The translations under genes were made by a program, and so were the position numbers. A stretch of 64,000 bases of DNA from a virus. Taxonomy: Duplodnaviria; Caudoviricetes. The stretch is taken from positions 68,755-132,754 of the IMG/VR virus record IMGVR_UViG_3300043432_000484; one strand, 5' to 3'. The notes below the pieces were generated by a model that ran no database searches, was not told the origin of the DNA, and saw only the letters and a list, made by a program, of their open reading frames with translations. Shown in pieces: positions 40,614 through 50,732 of this stretch (its first letter is position 1; the number at the start of each line of letters is the position of its first letter).

Positions 40614-43600
40614 TCAGATAGCTGCGCGTGCCTCATCCCGTTCATAGTCAGAGCCCGAGAGCATAGCCCACAACTGTTTGCCAATGCTCAGCCCAGTCAT
40701 GAACTCATCAGGGCCTACACCAGATGCGAGGAGCGCCGACTCAGGGTCCAATCCATCGGTAGCAGTGCTTACCGCTACCTTGGACATCAGGAGGTCATGC
40801 AGATTCTCTTGGAGCGTTCCCTCATACACGGGAAACAAGATCCTTGTATCGAGGTTTTGCCCGATGCGATCCACGCGTCCCGTTGCTTGCCTGTAGATGA
40901 TGGGGTTACAAGCAGGGTTCTCCATCCAGATCTCAGTTGCGAAGTGCACCAGATTGTTGAGACCCGTCTGAATCGCCACGGGGTTGGTGACCATCACACG
41001 CGCATTTTTCTTCACAACTTGCTTGGTGATCCAGTCTTGGCGCTTCGAGGTAGAGACCTTGTTCGCATAGAGGATCGGTACTTTGCCCCCGATCTCACGT
41101 TCGATCATGGATGCCAGACGCGGCAGTAAGCTCACGTGCCAGCTGAACACCATCACGTTCCGCCCCTCGGCAACTTCTTGCACGATCCGATCGAGCATCC
41201 AGCGCTCTTTTGGCATGATGGTATCCGCCGAGAAGGCGTCTTGAGAACCCACCAGATCACCGCCGACAGATTCTGGGTAGCGGATCTCGTAATCCCCATC
41301 TTCGGTGTTGCCGGTGTCCGCTGTAGAGCGATCAAGGTAGCTCGGAAGCTCTGCCAGCTGGCCAAACAGCTTCCCGGCCAGCCCTTCCTTGAACATGTCC
41401 TTCTTGATCCGATTCACCAGCGTTTGCTGCAAGCGCAAGAAACGCTTCTTCAGCTCTGGGGTAGGGGCAACCTTGTGCCTCTCTTGGATGCAGGGAGGAA
41501 GGTCCAAAGCAAGGTCAGTCTTGTGCAGGGTCACCGAGATTGGAAGCAGGTGGCGCAGCAAGAACAGAGGAAGGACTCCCGGAGCGTTCCCGATCACTCG
41601 CTCGGAGCGCTGGACGCGATCCGATACGGCTCCGAACGCGATCACGTTGTCGAGCTGCTTTTCTTCATTCTCGGTCACGAGACGCTTGCGGTACCCATAG
41701 CGATCGTTGAAGCGCTGCTTGTCCCCGCGGTTGAACTCCCTGCGGAACTCAGGGCTCACTGCCCACATGATGCTGAAAAGACTTTCGGCATACCCATTCA
41801 TGACCGATCCAGTCATCACGATGGTGGGCAGTCGCAGCCCGGTAAGTCGGTTGGCACTGATGGTTTGGGCTGCATTCTCGTTCGAGTATTCGTGAGCCTC
41901 ATCCAGGATCAGGAAGTCGAACACGTTGGGGTGCCGGCGCTGAATGTGCTGCGCGAGCGCGATCCGCCGCGGCTCGGGGACTGCTTGGAATAGGAACCCT
42001 CCGCACGGCTTTCCCCACTTGAGATTGGAGCAGCGGATCAAGTACTTCAGGGCTGACCTGGCTGCATCGAGGCTCCCGCCCTCTTTGCCGCTCACGGTTA
42101 GGGTACCGTTGACCCAAGAGATCGGTTGCTCAAAGATCTTGACGTGAGTCTTACCCTCTAAGGCATCGACCACGTTGTGCTCGAAACTATCCCATGGACT
42201 GTAGTAAGAGTGGTTCGGCTTGGCTCGTTCGGCTTTCACCATTCGGCGTTGTCGAGCCCCATTGGGAGTCAACAACAGCATCAAGTCCCGCCCGAACTCC
42301 TTCTCATAGTACCCGGGCATGTCCAGGTAATACTGTGCCGTCTGAGCAATTTGTTCTTGATCGTCGATTGCGAGCAAGCACCACAGAACCGCCTTGAAGA
42401 CTGGCGCCACTCCGCCCCCGCCCATAGCTTTCAACGCTGTGAGGGTTTCATCGAAGTAGTCCAACGGGAGCCCGGGGTAGGACCTAGGTTCTAGCTTGGC
42501 CAAGTAATGAGCAGCCGCTTTCCGACTCATCCGCCCATTCAGCAAACCTGACACAGACTCATCTTGCGGAGCGAACTCCATCAACCGGTGAGCCAGGCTC
42601 AAGGAGATCTGAGCCATCAGCCCTGAACCGAGTAAAGGCTTGGCCTCGCACTTCATGCGCCGCTTGGCCAAATCGTCAGGTGCGCACGGTGTCACCCCGC
42701 CGCATTTGGGGCACGGTCCTGTCACACCTTCCCATCCATGTGAGAGCTTGGCTACTTCGCGTGAAAGAACGGACACGATCGTCCGCCCCGAAGTGTCCCG
42801 CGCCACCTCCTCCAGGTCCGTGATCGAGGAGATGACCCGGACATCAGCGTCAGGGAGCACTGCACGTACCTCGTTACCCCAGCTTGTGAGCAGATGTGGG
42901 GGACATACCACCAAAGGGCGCCGAGCACCGATCGTTTTGCCCACCACCAACGATACCGTAGACTTGCCTGACCCAATCTCCCCCAACAAGATCGCCGCCT
43001 TACCCTCGCGTTTGGCCAACGGGATCCCCGGTCCTCCCAATAGGCTCACCAACGCTCTGGCGGCGTGCTGCTGGGCGGTAAAAGGTTTGCGGGATGTCTC
43101 GGCCAGGGAGATAGAGTCGGCGTCACGGCGCGGGTCGTAGAGGATCGGGCACTGCTGGCGCATCACGTCCATGAGGCTTTCCCCGTAGTGATGGAGCAAC
43201 CCGCTGACCGTGAGATTCTCGATCTTGGTGTCCTTCCCGCCCTCAGTAGCCAATGTGTGGTACTTGTGGGTAGCTAGATCCAAGACGGTGACAACCAACT
43301 TGGGTTGCTGAATCTGCACAGTCGACTTGAGATTCCCATCCTTGTCGTGCTTTTCTTCAACGGTGCGGTACTCTTGGTTGAAGACCCCCTTCACCAGCAG
43401 TGGAGGCAGCTTGCTCTTGGGGTTGGTGGGTTGCACCCGAGAGCCGTTGAAGATTCCGGACGCGATGCCTGACGCGATATGCGCGGGCCGCGGCGGCGTG
43501 GCGACGGGGTACTTGCGGAGCAGTAGGTCATGCAAGGGGATCTCGGGCATCACCCCGCGGACCGCTTGATACGACCCACCGCGAGTAGTTTGCACCCAGG

Positions 43601-44396
43601 GTTGGACTTTCCGGAGCAGCGCCGACACATCGGTAGGGCGTAGCATCCACTCGGACAATCCCTCATGGTAGTGCTTGGAAGCCACAATCTGAGCCAGAGG
43701 CTTCGATGTGATGTTAGGTAGCTCTTTGAAGCCCTTGCCTTCCGCGTAGCGCTCAACCTTGGCGAGGAGCTTTTCGTCAGGGGTACTCCGGCTATCCGCT
43801 TTCTGCGCGAATAGGACGACCTGCTTGAAGACCTCGAAATCCCCATCCGGGAACTTGAAGCAGTGGATGTTTTCGTACTCCGTAGCCAAGAAGCTGGCCG
43901 ACGCCTTCAGTGCGTAGAAGGGAACCACGAACAGGAGCGCGCCACCCTGCATGAGCGCCGGAGTGAAACGGTTGAGGAACTTCTGCTCAAGGCGCCCGTG
44001 CTGCCGATCGATATCGTAGGGAGGGTTCAGGAACAGTACCGAAACTCCCTCTTTTTCACCGCGCTCGAAGGTGACCTTGAATGCGTCTCCGTGGAGCAGG
44101 TTCCGCCCCAGGCTTGGAACCTGATCTTCACAAGTCTTTTTGAGAGCTTCGAACCGGCCACCCTCCATCTCAGAAGCGTATAGAACCGGGTGGGTGTTCT
44201 TGACCAGCAGCTTCATGAGGGCAAGGATCGCCTCACCCTCACCCGCGCACGGGTCCATGAACACTACCTCTTGTTCCTCCAGGTAGGTTTCGAGGAGAGG
44301 TGCGATCCGTGGTATCAAATGTCGCGGCGTCGGGTAGTAGCCCCCGACTGCCACTGAGCAAATTCGTGCTATTTGGATACCCTCTTTCTGGCCCAA
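40614..44396 (-). CDS. DUF6094-like methyltransferase fused to an SNF2-like helicase
   Basis: GYYPTP, DPCAGEG, NPPY; GEIGSGKS, DEAH, MTGS, TGLN, QATGRVDRIGQ. Confidence 0.88.
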   Translation of the reverse strand: MGQKEGIQIARICSVAVGGYYPTPRHLIPRIAPLLETYLEEQEVVFMDPCAGEGEAILALMKLLVKNTHPVLYASEMEGGRFEALKKTCEDQVPSLGRNLLHGDAFKVTFERGEKEGVSVLFLNPPYDIDRQHGRLEQKFLNRFTPALMQGGALLFVVPFYALKASASFLATEYENIHCFKFPDGDFEVFKQVVLFAQKADSRSTPDEKLLAKVERYAEGKGFKELPNITSKPLAQIVASKHYHEGLSEWMLRPTDVSALLRKVQPWVQTTRGGSYQAVRGVMPEIPLHDLLLRKYPVATPPRPAHIASGIASGIFNGSRVQPTNPKSKLPPLLVKGVFNQEYRTVEEKHDKDGNLKSTVQIQQPKLVVTVLDLATHKYHTLATEGGKDTKIENLTVSGLLHHYGESLMDVMRQQCPILYDPRRDADSISLAETSRKPFTAQQHAARALVSLLGGPGIPLAKREGKAAILLGEIGSGKSTVSLVVGKTIGARRPLVVCPPHLLTSWGNEVRAVLPDADVRVISSITDLEEVARDTSGRTIVSVLSREVAKLSHGWEGVTGPCPKCGGVTPCAPDDLAKRRMKCEAKPLLGSGLMAQISLSLAHRLMEFAPQDESVSGLLNGRMSRKAAAHYLAKLEPRSYPGLPLDYFDETLTALKAMGGGGVAPVFKAVLWCLLAIDDQEQIAQTAQYYLDMPGYYEKEFGRDLMLLLTPNGARQRRMVKAERAKPNHSYYSPWDSFEHNVVDALEGKTHVKIFEQPISWVNGTLTVSGKEGGSLDAARSALKYLIRCSNLKWGKPCGGFLFQAVPEPRRIALAQHIQRRHPNVFDFLILDEAHEYSNENAAQTISANRLTGLRLPTIVMTGSVMNGYAESLFSIMWAVSPEFRREFNRGDKQRFNDRYGYRKRLVTENEEKQLDNVIAFGAVSDRVQRSERVIGNAPGVLPLFLLRHLLPISVTLHKTDLALDLPPCIQERHKVAPTPELKKRFLRLQQTLVNRIKKDMFKEGLAGKLFGQLAELPSYLDRSTADTGNTEDGDYEIRYPESVGGDLVGSQDAFSADTIMPKERWMLDRIVQEVAEGRNVMVFSWHVSLLPRLASMIEREIGGKVPILYANKVSTSKRQDWITKQVVKKNARVMVTNPVAIQTGLNNLVHFATEIWMENPACNPIIYRQATGRVDRIGQNLDTRILFPVYEGTLQENLHDLLMSKVAVSTATDGLDPESALLASGVGPDEFMTGLSIGKQLWAMLSGSDYERDEARAAI

Positions 44397-45100
44397 TATG
44401 CCCGTCTAGCTTCCGCCATTTTCTGCTTAGTCTCCTCAGACTTCTTCTTTCCCAGTTGACCTTTGGCGAACTGTTCTCGCCATTCCTGTGGCCTCTTCCG
44501 GGCTGCCTCCGCCCATTTCTCCCTCAAATGAGTTGGAGGATTTGTGTGGGATTCCGACAACTTCTTTCTGGTCTCTGCTGAAGCTTTCTTACCCAACTGT
44601 GCTTTGGACATGCGCTCGATAGTCTCTTGAGATCTGGGGGGACGCTTCTTCTGTATCCCAAGCTCTTTCCTCAGTTTAGCAGCTTCTTTTTGCGCCGCAC
44701 TCATGTTGTTTCTAGTTGCCTGTGAGTGCTTGAATCCAGTTAGCGTACGTTTCGTGGCCTCGGAGATTTTTGCCTTCTGTTCCTCATTAGGTCTCCAACC
44801 AAGAGTCCCTTCCCCACCTAGGGTATGGTTGGTGAGAGAGTAGCCACAATCCCGGAACACCTTTATCCAGTGTCTCTCACGTTCGGCCCACGAACCTCCA
44901 ATACCTTCCTCGATTATGTCCATGACCGGTTTCAGATCCAACTTCAGTAAAGACTTGATCCAACTTGCTGTATGAGTCCGAGCGCGCTTGACGGAATATA
45001 GATGCTGGGAGAGCCTGGATTTCCCATGTGTCATACCCACGTATCTGATCTCATCAGTCCGAGGGTCTTTCAACACATAAATCTTCCAGGATCTACTCAT
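44369..45100 (-). CDS. GIY-YIG homing endonuclease with NUMOD3 repeats
   Basis: IYVLKDPR..IRYVG, ERERHWI, LTN...GGEG, (H/S)SxETxxK repeats. Confidence 0.9.
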   Translation of the reverse strand: MSRSWKIYVLKDPRTDEIRYVGMTHGKSRLSQHLYSVKRARTHTASWIKSLLKLDLKPVMDIIEEGIGGSWAERERHWIKVFRDCGYSLTNHTLGGEGTLGWRPNEEQKAKISEATKRTLTGFKHSQATRNNMSAAQKEAAKLRKELGIQKKRPPRSQETIERMSKAQLGKKASAETRKKLSESHTNPPTHLREKWAEAARKRPQEWREQFAKGQLGKKKSEETKQKMAEARRAYWARKRVSK

Positions 45101-45107
45101 TAACCGT

Positions 45108-45911
45108 TTACCGGGTCAGTTTGAAAAACAAGGCAACTTCTTGCGCCAGCAGCTCCTCAAAGCTGGTGTGCCCCGCGTGGAAAGCGATCCCCGGAAGCAG
45201 CCCCACATCTGCGGTGTTGCGTTCATAGTACTGCCGATGTGGGTGCACTCCGAACGGCTCTTCTCTGTTGTAGCTGTAATCTGATGTGGCTGCAAACGTG
45301 GCCGCCCCCGACTTCAAGCAGCCGAGCATGAGCTGCATGTAGAAGCGCCCATCCGCAACAAGCGGGCAGCGCGTGCGCCGGTCCAGATAGGCCGAGAACA
45401 AGAACGAGGTCGCGGCCAGCTCAGCGATCCGCTCGGGAGGCAGAGTGTACCCACACTTTTTGGCGTGCTTGATCAGTGGCGCGGCATCGATCTCTTGCTT
45501 CTTGTGCCATCCTTGTGTAGGCAGCAACACGAAGCGGATCACTTCTTGGTCCACCATCCCTGGGTCCATCTGGAATAGCTCGGGGAGGAAGACGGTGACC
45601 AATGAACCCTCTTCCTCTCTTTGCCATATTGTCTGAAAGCCTGAGGATTTCAAGAACTCAACTCGATCCTCTTTGCCCCGACGGTAGTAACCAGCGCGCT
45701 GCAGATTGGCTTTACGCCCCATCTGTAGGTTGGCTACGAACGCCCGAAGCTCTTGATCGGAGCCCGCAAACATCGCCCATACAGGTCGGATGTTGTCTGT
45801 AGAGGTGTTGCCTCCAGCCCAAAGCTGATCTGCCTCGACAGACGCGAGCAGCACCGCGTGGAACGCCCGCCCCTTACCCTCTACCGCTGGCTCGATCACC
45901 GCATCCTGCAT
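45108..45911 (-). CDS. hypothetical protein upstream of the MTase-helicase
   Basis: 267 aa. Confidence 0.7.
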   Translation of the reverse strand: MQDAVIEPAVEGKGRAFHAVLLASVEADQLWAGGNTSTDNIRPVWAMFAGSDQELRAFVANLQMGRKANLQRAGYYRRGKEDRVEFLKSSGFQTIWQREEEGSLVTVFLPELFQMDPGMVDQEVIRFVLLPTQGWHKKQEIDAAPLIKHAKKCGYTLPPERIAELAATSFLFSAYLDRRTRCPLVADGRFYMQLMLGCLKSGAATFAATSDYSYNREEPFGVHPHRQYYERNTADVGLLPGIAFHAGHTSFEELLAQEVALFFKLTR

Positions 45912-45914
45912 AGG

Positions 45915-46772
45915 TCACCCGATCTTCACCAAGAGAACACCTACCACACTCAGGACTGCAAGAAGCACCTTTTTTCGCGTAAACGCCTCGTTGAACAACA
46001 AGGACCCGAGAAAGCCTGAGATCAGGATGTAGCTCGGATGGATGGCATACACGCCGGACATCGGACCCCTATGTAGCGCTTGAACGATGGCCGCGCCACC
46101 GATGGCGGTGAACAAACCAATGAGCCCAGATCCCCGGAGGTATTGCTCCACATGCAGGATTTCCTTGAATCTCTTTCTCTCGAAGTAAACGGAGAGCAAC
46201 AACGCGAAGCCCGCGGACGCTATCAGCTGCCACAGCAGAAATTGGGTCGGTGGGTCTTTCATTACCCCCTGTCTCTGCCAATACTTACCGAAGGTGGATA
46301 GCGTGACTATGCTTCCGGTCAGCAGCGCGGTCCGGGCATTCACCGGGAACGGTCCGCCCTTCCGGGTGAACATGTAGGTGGACAGCAGAATGGTCACCAC
46401 CCCTACCGTCTGCACCAGAGATAGCCGTTCATCCAAGATGACCAGCCCGGTTCCGATCGTGCCCACAGCACTCAGCGCTGAGGTAACCGGGAACACTACC
46501 CCAACATCGATGTTCTTCATCAGGGTCTTTGTGAGCGCCATGATGGAAGCAAAGGACGCACCAACGAACAGCGCGTACCAGGTGCTGGGAAACGCTATCT
46601 GCGCGCTCTCCCCGCATACGAGGAGCCCGCAGCAGACGGCCAGCGCCGCGAACGCGTTCGCCCAGAACGTAGAGAAGAGGCTGCTGTGCCCGAGATTCGA
46701 GGGAATCTTGTACAGCGCAGCAGCCGTCCCCAGTGAGATGGTGGCTACGATTGAGTATGTAACCCAGTGCAT
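45915..46772 (-). CDS. EamA/DMT family membrane transporter
   Basis: about 10 hydrophobic segments; ERLSLVQTVG and EAFTRKK repeats. Confidence 0.8.
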   Translation of the reverse strand: MHWVTYSIVATISLGTAAALYKIPSNLGHSSLFSTFWANAFAALAVCCGLLVCGESAQIAFPSTWYALFVGASFASIMALTKTLMKNIDVGVVFPVTSALSAVGTIGTGLVILDERLSLVQTVGVVTILLSTYMFTRKGGPFPVNARTALLTGSIVTLSTFGKYWQRQGVMKDPPTQFLLWQLIASAGFALLLSVYFERKRFKEILHVEQYLRGSGLIGLFTAIGGAAIVQALHRGPMSGVYAIHPSYILISGFLGSLLFNEAFTRKKVLLAVLSVVGVLLVKIG

Positions 46773-46777
46773 TTTAG

Positions 46778-47387
46778 CTACCGGTGGTAGAATGCGCTCG
46801 TGTAGTACTGCTCGTGAGCCTGGACTTGGGAGAACCCTTGCACCCGGCCGTCTACCACGATCGCCGCCGTTAGCCGGCCTCCAAAGCATGCCCCGGTGTC
46901 GATTCCGTAGCAAGCGCCACCTTCGAAGGCGTCGATCCTTGGGTCCTCGAAGGAATGCACCGCGTGCCCGTAGATGACCGATTCCGGTCCGCGGCTCCAA
47001 GCCAGCGTGGACGACCAACAAGTTGTGGGCAATTTCCATGATTGTAGGTAAGTCGGTCAGCCAAGCCAGGTCCTCATCGGACAAGGCCATGCTCTGCGCC
47101 GCCCGGACGTCCGAGAAGGGCTTCATTGGGTTCTTCTTGCCCGTCGCGAGCCGCTTGGCTTCGTGTATGCGGTAACGGAGGTGCTGCTCTTCGTGGTTAC
47201 CCAAGACCCCTTCCGCTTCCAGCTCGCGGGCAAACCGCACGCAGCCGACCGGGTCGGGGCCTCGGTCCATCAAGTCACCCACCAGAACCAGGCGATCGGT
47301 GCCGCGCACAAAGGACACCTGATGCAGCAATTCCTTGAATTCCCGCAGGCACCCATGCACGTCACCGATCACGATTGTTCTAGACAT
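46778..47387 (-). pseudogene. calcineurin-like metallophosphoesterase broken by a deletion/frameshift near 46995
   Basis: GDVHG, GDLMDRG, GNHE and HAG in one frame; VIYGH and GIDTGAC in another. Confidence 0.7.
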
Positions 47388-47432
47388 TCTGTCTAGCATA
47401 GCACCCTTTTGCTTGGGGTGCCACCCTTCACG

Positions 47433-48884
47433 TCATGCGCCAGTGAAGCCTTGGATGTAGTTGAGAGATCTCCACACCCCTGTAGAATCGAGCTGCCATT
47501 CCGCGTAGCCCCCAACCCCAAACGCCAAGTTCGTGGTGGGGTTTTCAACCTGGTAGCTGTTGTTTGGGTTCTCCATAGTCTGGTCAATGGGTAGGGTAAC
47601 CGTAACTACCACAAGGGACAGGGCTCCAGACCCCACCTTGATTGCCAGACGTTCGCCGATGATAGCTTGGAAACTCGCGGGAGTGACTAGGGTCATGGCC
47701 AACGGTCCTCCACCTGAGGTGTCGATCATGTTTGTCTTGCCAACCAGCAGTTTGTCATTGGTATGAGCATGCGTTCCACCTCCTGTCCCATCTAGGAGGG
47801 TCCCATCGTAAGGCCACACCTGGCATGGGGCGGGCTCCAAAAGGTAGTCAACACCAGGGTTCGGAGGACTACCCACGTTGTTGGTGTGGAACTTGCGAGC
47901 CCCGTACGCTTCGCCCAAGGTAATGCGATACTCTGTGGCATTGACTGGGTTGGCTCCCGGGGACTCAATCATCTCCCACTTCCAGTCCACACCGCCCGTG
48001 GGGGCTACGACCCGATAAAGTCCCGGCCAATTCGTTTCGAAAGGAGCCAGGACCAGCTCTCCGACGTTGTAAGCTCCCGTGTCATCCTTCACAGGAGTTG
48101 CTGGGGTTGTACCCGTTCCTGAGATGTACCAGCCACCTGTGGCACTGATAGGGGTTTGCACATACCCAGCAGGGAAGTCCCCTTCTAAGCAATGAGTAGT
48201 GTCCCCAGACTTTCGTCCGTACGCTCCAGCCAAGCGCCGGATGGACCACAGAACCAACCCCGGACCCGCAGCCGAGAAATCGATAGAGCGGAATTCATAC
48301 ACACCGGGGTCGACTGAGGCCTGCTCCGTTGTGAGCACGTACTGCCCCGTCTCATTGACAAACAGATTGCAGTTCGTCGGACTAGGAGGCCCTCCAAGGT
48401 AAGGATTCGTCAGAAGAATTCTACCTCCTGGTTGACCAAGAGTGACCGATAGACGCTTTCCAAGGTTGGCATTACCGTCTGGGAGGGTGATAGTTGTAAA
48501 CGGCGAGAAACAGTACGTGCTGGTATCTGCCGCTGGAGACACACTAGTTGCTAGCGATGTTACAGTTGTGTCGGTACCACCGCCACTCACGACATTGATG
48601 GCACCGTTGTTGGTGATCTGGACTTCCTGTCCTTGATCATCCAACACGAAGAACTCGGAGATGCCAGCTACGTCCTTGGAGTAAATGCGGACCTTGTTGG
48701 CCAACGTTGGAGGCGCGGACGGCTGCTCATTCAACGTCACGAAGTTGGACTGGGACAGCTCGGTGATAGTGGCTGTGTCGTCCTTGATCTTGGGCTGTCC
48801 ATCGCTGTCCATGAACAATTGGACATGGGTAGATGCCGGGGTTTGTACCGTCGATGCTGCTTGTTTCTTGAGTTTGATTGCCAT
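47433..48884 (-). CDS. tail-fibre/virion protein
   Basis: Gly/Thr/Pro-rich; N-terminus resembles that of 49925..50716. Confidence 0.65.
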   Translation of the reverse strand: MAIKLKKQAASTVQTPASTHVQLFMDSDGQPKIKDDTATITELSQSNFVTLNEQPSAPPTLANKVRIYSKDVAGISEFFVLDDQGQEVQITNNGAINVVSGGGTDTTVTSLATSVSPAADTSTYCFSPFTTITLPDGNANLGKRLSVTLGQPGGRILLTNPYLGGPPSPTNCNLFVNETGQYVLTTEQASVDPGVYEFRSIDFSAAGPGLVLWSIRRLAGAYGRKSGDTTHCLEGDFPAGYVQTPISATGGWYISGTGTTPATPVKDDTGAYNVGELVLAPFETNWPGLYRVVAPTGGVDWKWEMIESPGANPVNATEYRITLGEAYGARKFHTNNVGSPPNPGVDYLLEPAPCQVWPYDGTLLDGTGGGTHAHTNDKLLVGKTNMIDTSGGGPLAMTLVTPASFQAIIGERLAIKVGSGALSLVVVTVTLPIDQTMENPNNSYQVENPTTNLAFGVGGYAEWQLDSTGVWRSLNYIQGFTGA

Positions 48885-48955
48885 GATTTGAGTTCCCTCC
48901 GCCTAGGGTTTCAGTTCCAAACAGCCGGCGGACTCACTGTCTGGAAGAGGAGACA

Positions 48956-49906
48956 TCAGAACGGATACGCCAACCACACGTGACCTGAGGAGCCTGGCTC
49001 GATGACTGTAGTGCCGGCAGAGCGCTGCGCTCGTAGGGTGAGCACACCACCACCAGAACACTCCAATACACCGGTGAGGGTCGTTTGGAAAGGACCGCCC
49101 GTGGAGCGCGCTGTGGAGTCCACGATCGCTGTGTTGTTGGTAGTGTTGCTACCAGCAGAGGCAGTGATCGCACCCGAGGCCCTAACCAACACAGCATGCT
49201 GAAGCAAGTGATTCACCGTCCCAGTGAAGTTGACTGACACACCTACGATGCCCGAGCTTGAAGACTGGGTGATCCCGAGTTGAAACTCGAAGGCATACGT
49301 ACCGGTGCCTCCAGGGATTGTGAAGTCCATCCCTGTCACATCAGACAGGCCTGTGCCCGGGACCGTGAACGGTCCAGCTCCACCACTACCAACGGTTGCG
49401 ATGGCTCGGGAGTTGTTATACAAATACTGGACTGGTCCACCACCCTGTCTTCCGATCAACGAGTCATTGCCTAGAATGATCTGACCGTTGGCGAATCCAG
49501 CTGAGTCTGTGGCAATAATCGCGTTTGGGAGAGGGCTCGGGTTGTTCCCGAACATGATGTTCACGTCGTTGGAGATGCTGGTCCAGCGGTTATCGGCGTT
49601 GGAGAAAGCCAGTAGCACATGGAGTCCGGCGGAGTTGATGGTCCAAGGGAGAGAAAAGTTGAACCCGTTCCAGTTAATGGCGTTACCGTTAGGGTCGATA
49701 GTGATGTCGGTGCTACCGTTTCCGATGCAGGTGATCTCGATCTTGTCCCCGTCCAATGGAAAGGCAGGAAGCAACACGGTGATAGGTCCACCCATGTTGT
49801 TGACCCAGTGGGAGTTGTTGAGCACCGCAGTGAAATTGGTGGCGTGCACCACCGGATCTTGGTGAAGACCAGCCAGACTTGAGATGAGTGATGTTTGTAC
49901 GCCCAT
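48956..49906 (-). CDS. tail-fibre/baseplate-associated protein
   Basis: ITVLLP...DGDKIEI module. Confidence 0.65.
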   Translation of the reverse strand: MGVQTSLISSLAGLHQDPVVHATNFTAVLNNSHWVNNMGGPITVLLPAFPLDGDKIEITCIGNGSTDITIDPNGNAINWNGFNFSLPWTINSAGLHVLLAFSNADNRWTSISNDVNIMFGNNPSPLPNAIIATDSAGFANGQIILGNDSLIGRQGGGPVQYLYNNSRAIATVGSGGAGPFTVPGTGLSDVTGMDFTIPGGTGTYAFEFQLGITQSSSSGIVGVSVNFTGTVNHLLQHAVLVRASGAITASAGSNTTNNTAIVDSTARSTGGPFQTTLTGVLECSGGGVLTLRAQRSAGTTVIEPGSSGHVWLAYPF

Positions 49907-49924
49907 GATTGATGCTCCTAAGGG

Positions 49925-50716
49925 TTAGCCGATCTGGTACCAAGAGAGTCCGCCGCCTGCGAATATCAGGATGGCCCACTCGAAGTTCGTGTTCAGCACC
50001 AGGGATGGCGCTGCATCAATGGTATCGGCTCCATTGGGAACTATGGTGATGCTGTTGAGAGCGGCTCCAAAGTTCTTGATACCGATCTGATTCCCCGCAA
50101 CCGCTCCGGCTGGGAGATTGATGGTTGCGGCACCCGCTGTGACATCCACCATCACTAGGTCTCCCACCGCAGCATTGTAGGTACCTGTTTGAAGTGCCGT
50201 TGGAGTGAGGCCAGTCGCTGGAGCCGCGCCCCAAGCAGCTGTAGTTGCGGTGAGTGCAGTCAGAATCTCGCCAGCCACAGGAGGCGCAGAACCTGAGATC
50301 ACCACCGGGGCTCCTGTGGTGGCTAGACTAGGTGCGGCCGGGGGAGCAGCCCACGCCGCTACAGTGGCGCTTGTTGCAACCGGGACTTGACCAGCGGTGG
50401 GAGGGGCGGATCCTGAGATCACCACCGGTGCACCCGTGGTCGCCAGCCTGGCCGCCGCGGGAGGAATGGTCCAAGTCGCTGATGTCGCGTTGGCGGCAAC
50501 CAGTACATCTCCAGCAACCGGGGGTGTAGAGAACGACACGTCAACTGGCGCCCCGGTTGTCGCTAGCTCATCGGCGGTTGCGACGCCAACCGGACGCACG
50601 TTTCCGAGGTCATCCTTGGTGCTCAGGATACCCGTACCAGAGTCGACGTATACCCGCACCTGACCCAAAGGCGGTGTGGCCGGCTCCCCTTGCTTTTTCA
50701 GTGAAATGGTTCCCAT
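49925..50716 (-). CDS. tail-fibre-like protein with tandem repeats
   Basis: 3x LATTGAPVxxSxSxPPxAG; C-terminal VDVTAGAATINLP module. Confidence 0.65.
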   Translation of the reverse strand: MGTISLKKQGEPATPPLGQVRVYVDSGTGILSTKDDLGNVRPVGVATADELATTGAPVDVSFSTPPVAGDVLVAANATSATWTIPPAAARLATTGAPVVISGSAPPTAGQVPVATSATVAAWAAPPAAPSLATTGAPVVISGSAPPVAGEILTALTATTAAWGAAPATGLTPTALQTGTYNAAVGDLVMVDVTAGAATINLPAGAVAGNQIGIKNFGAALNSITIVPNGADTIDAAPSLVLNTNFEWAILIFAGGGLSWYQIG

Positions 50717-50732
50717 GTCTTCTCCTAGTATC

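Noticed and set aside
45915-47399. Genuine 494-aa phosphatase-transporter fusion
   Set aside because: The linker is the off-frame reading of the phosphatase C-terminus.
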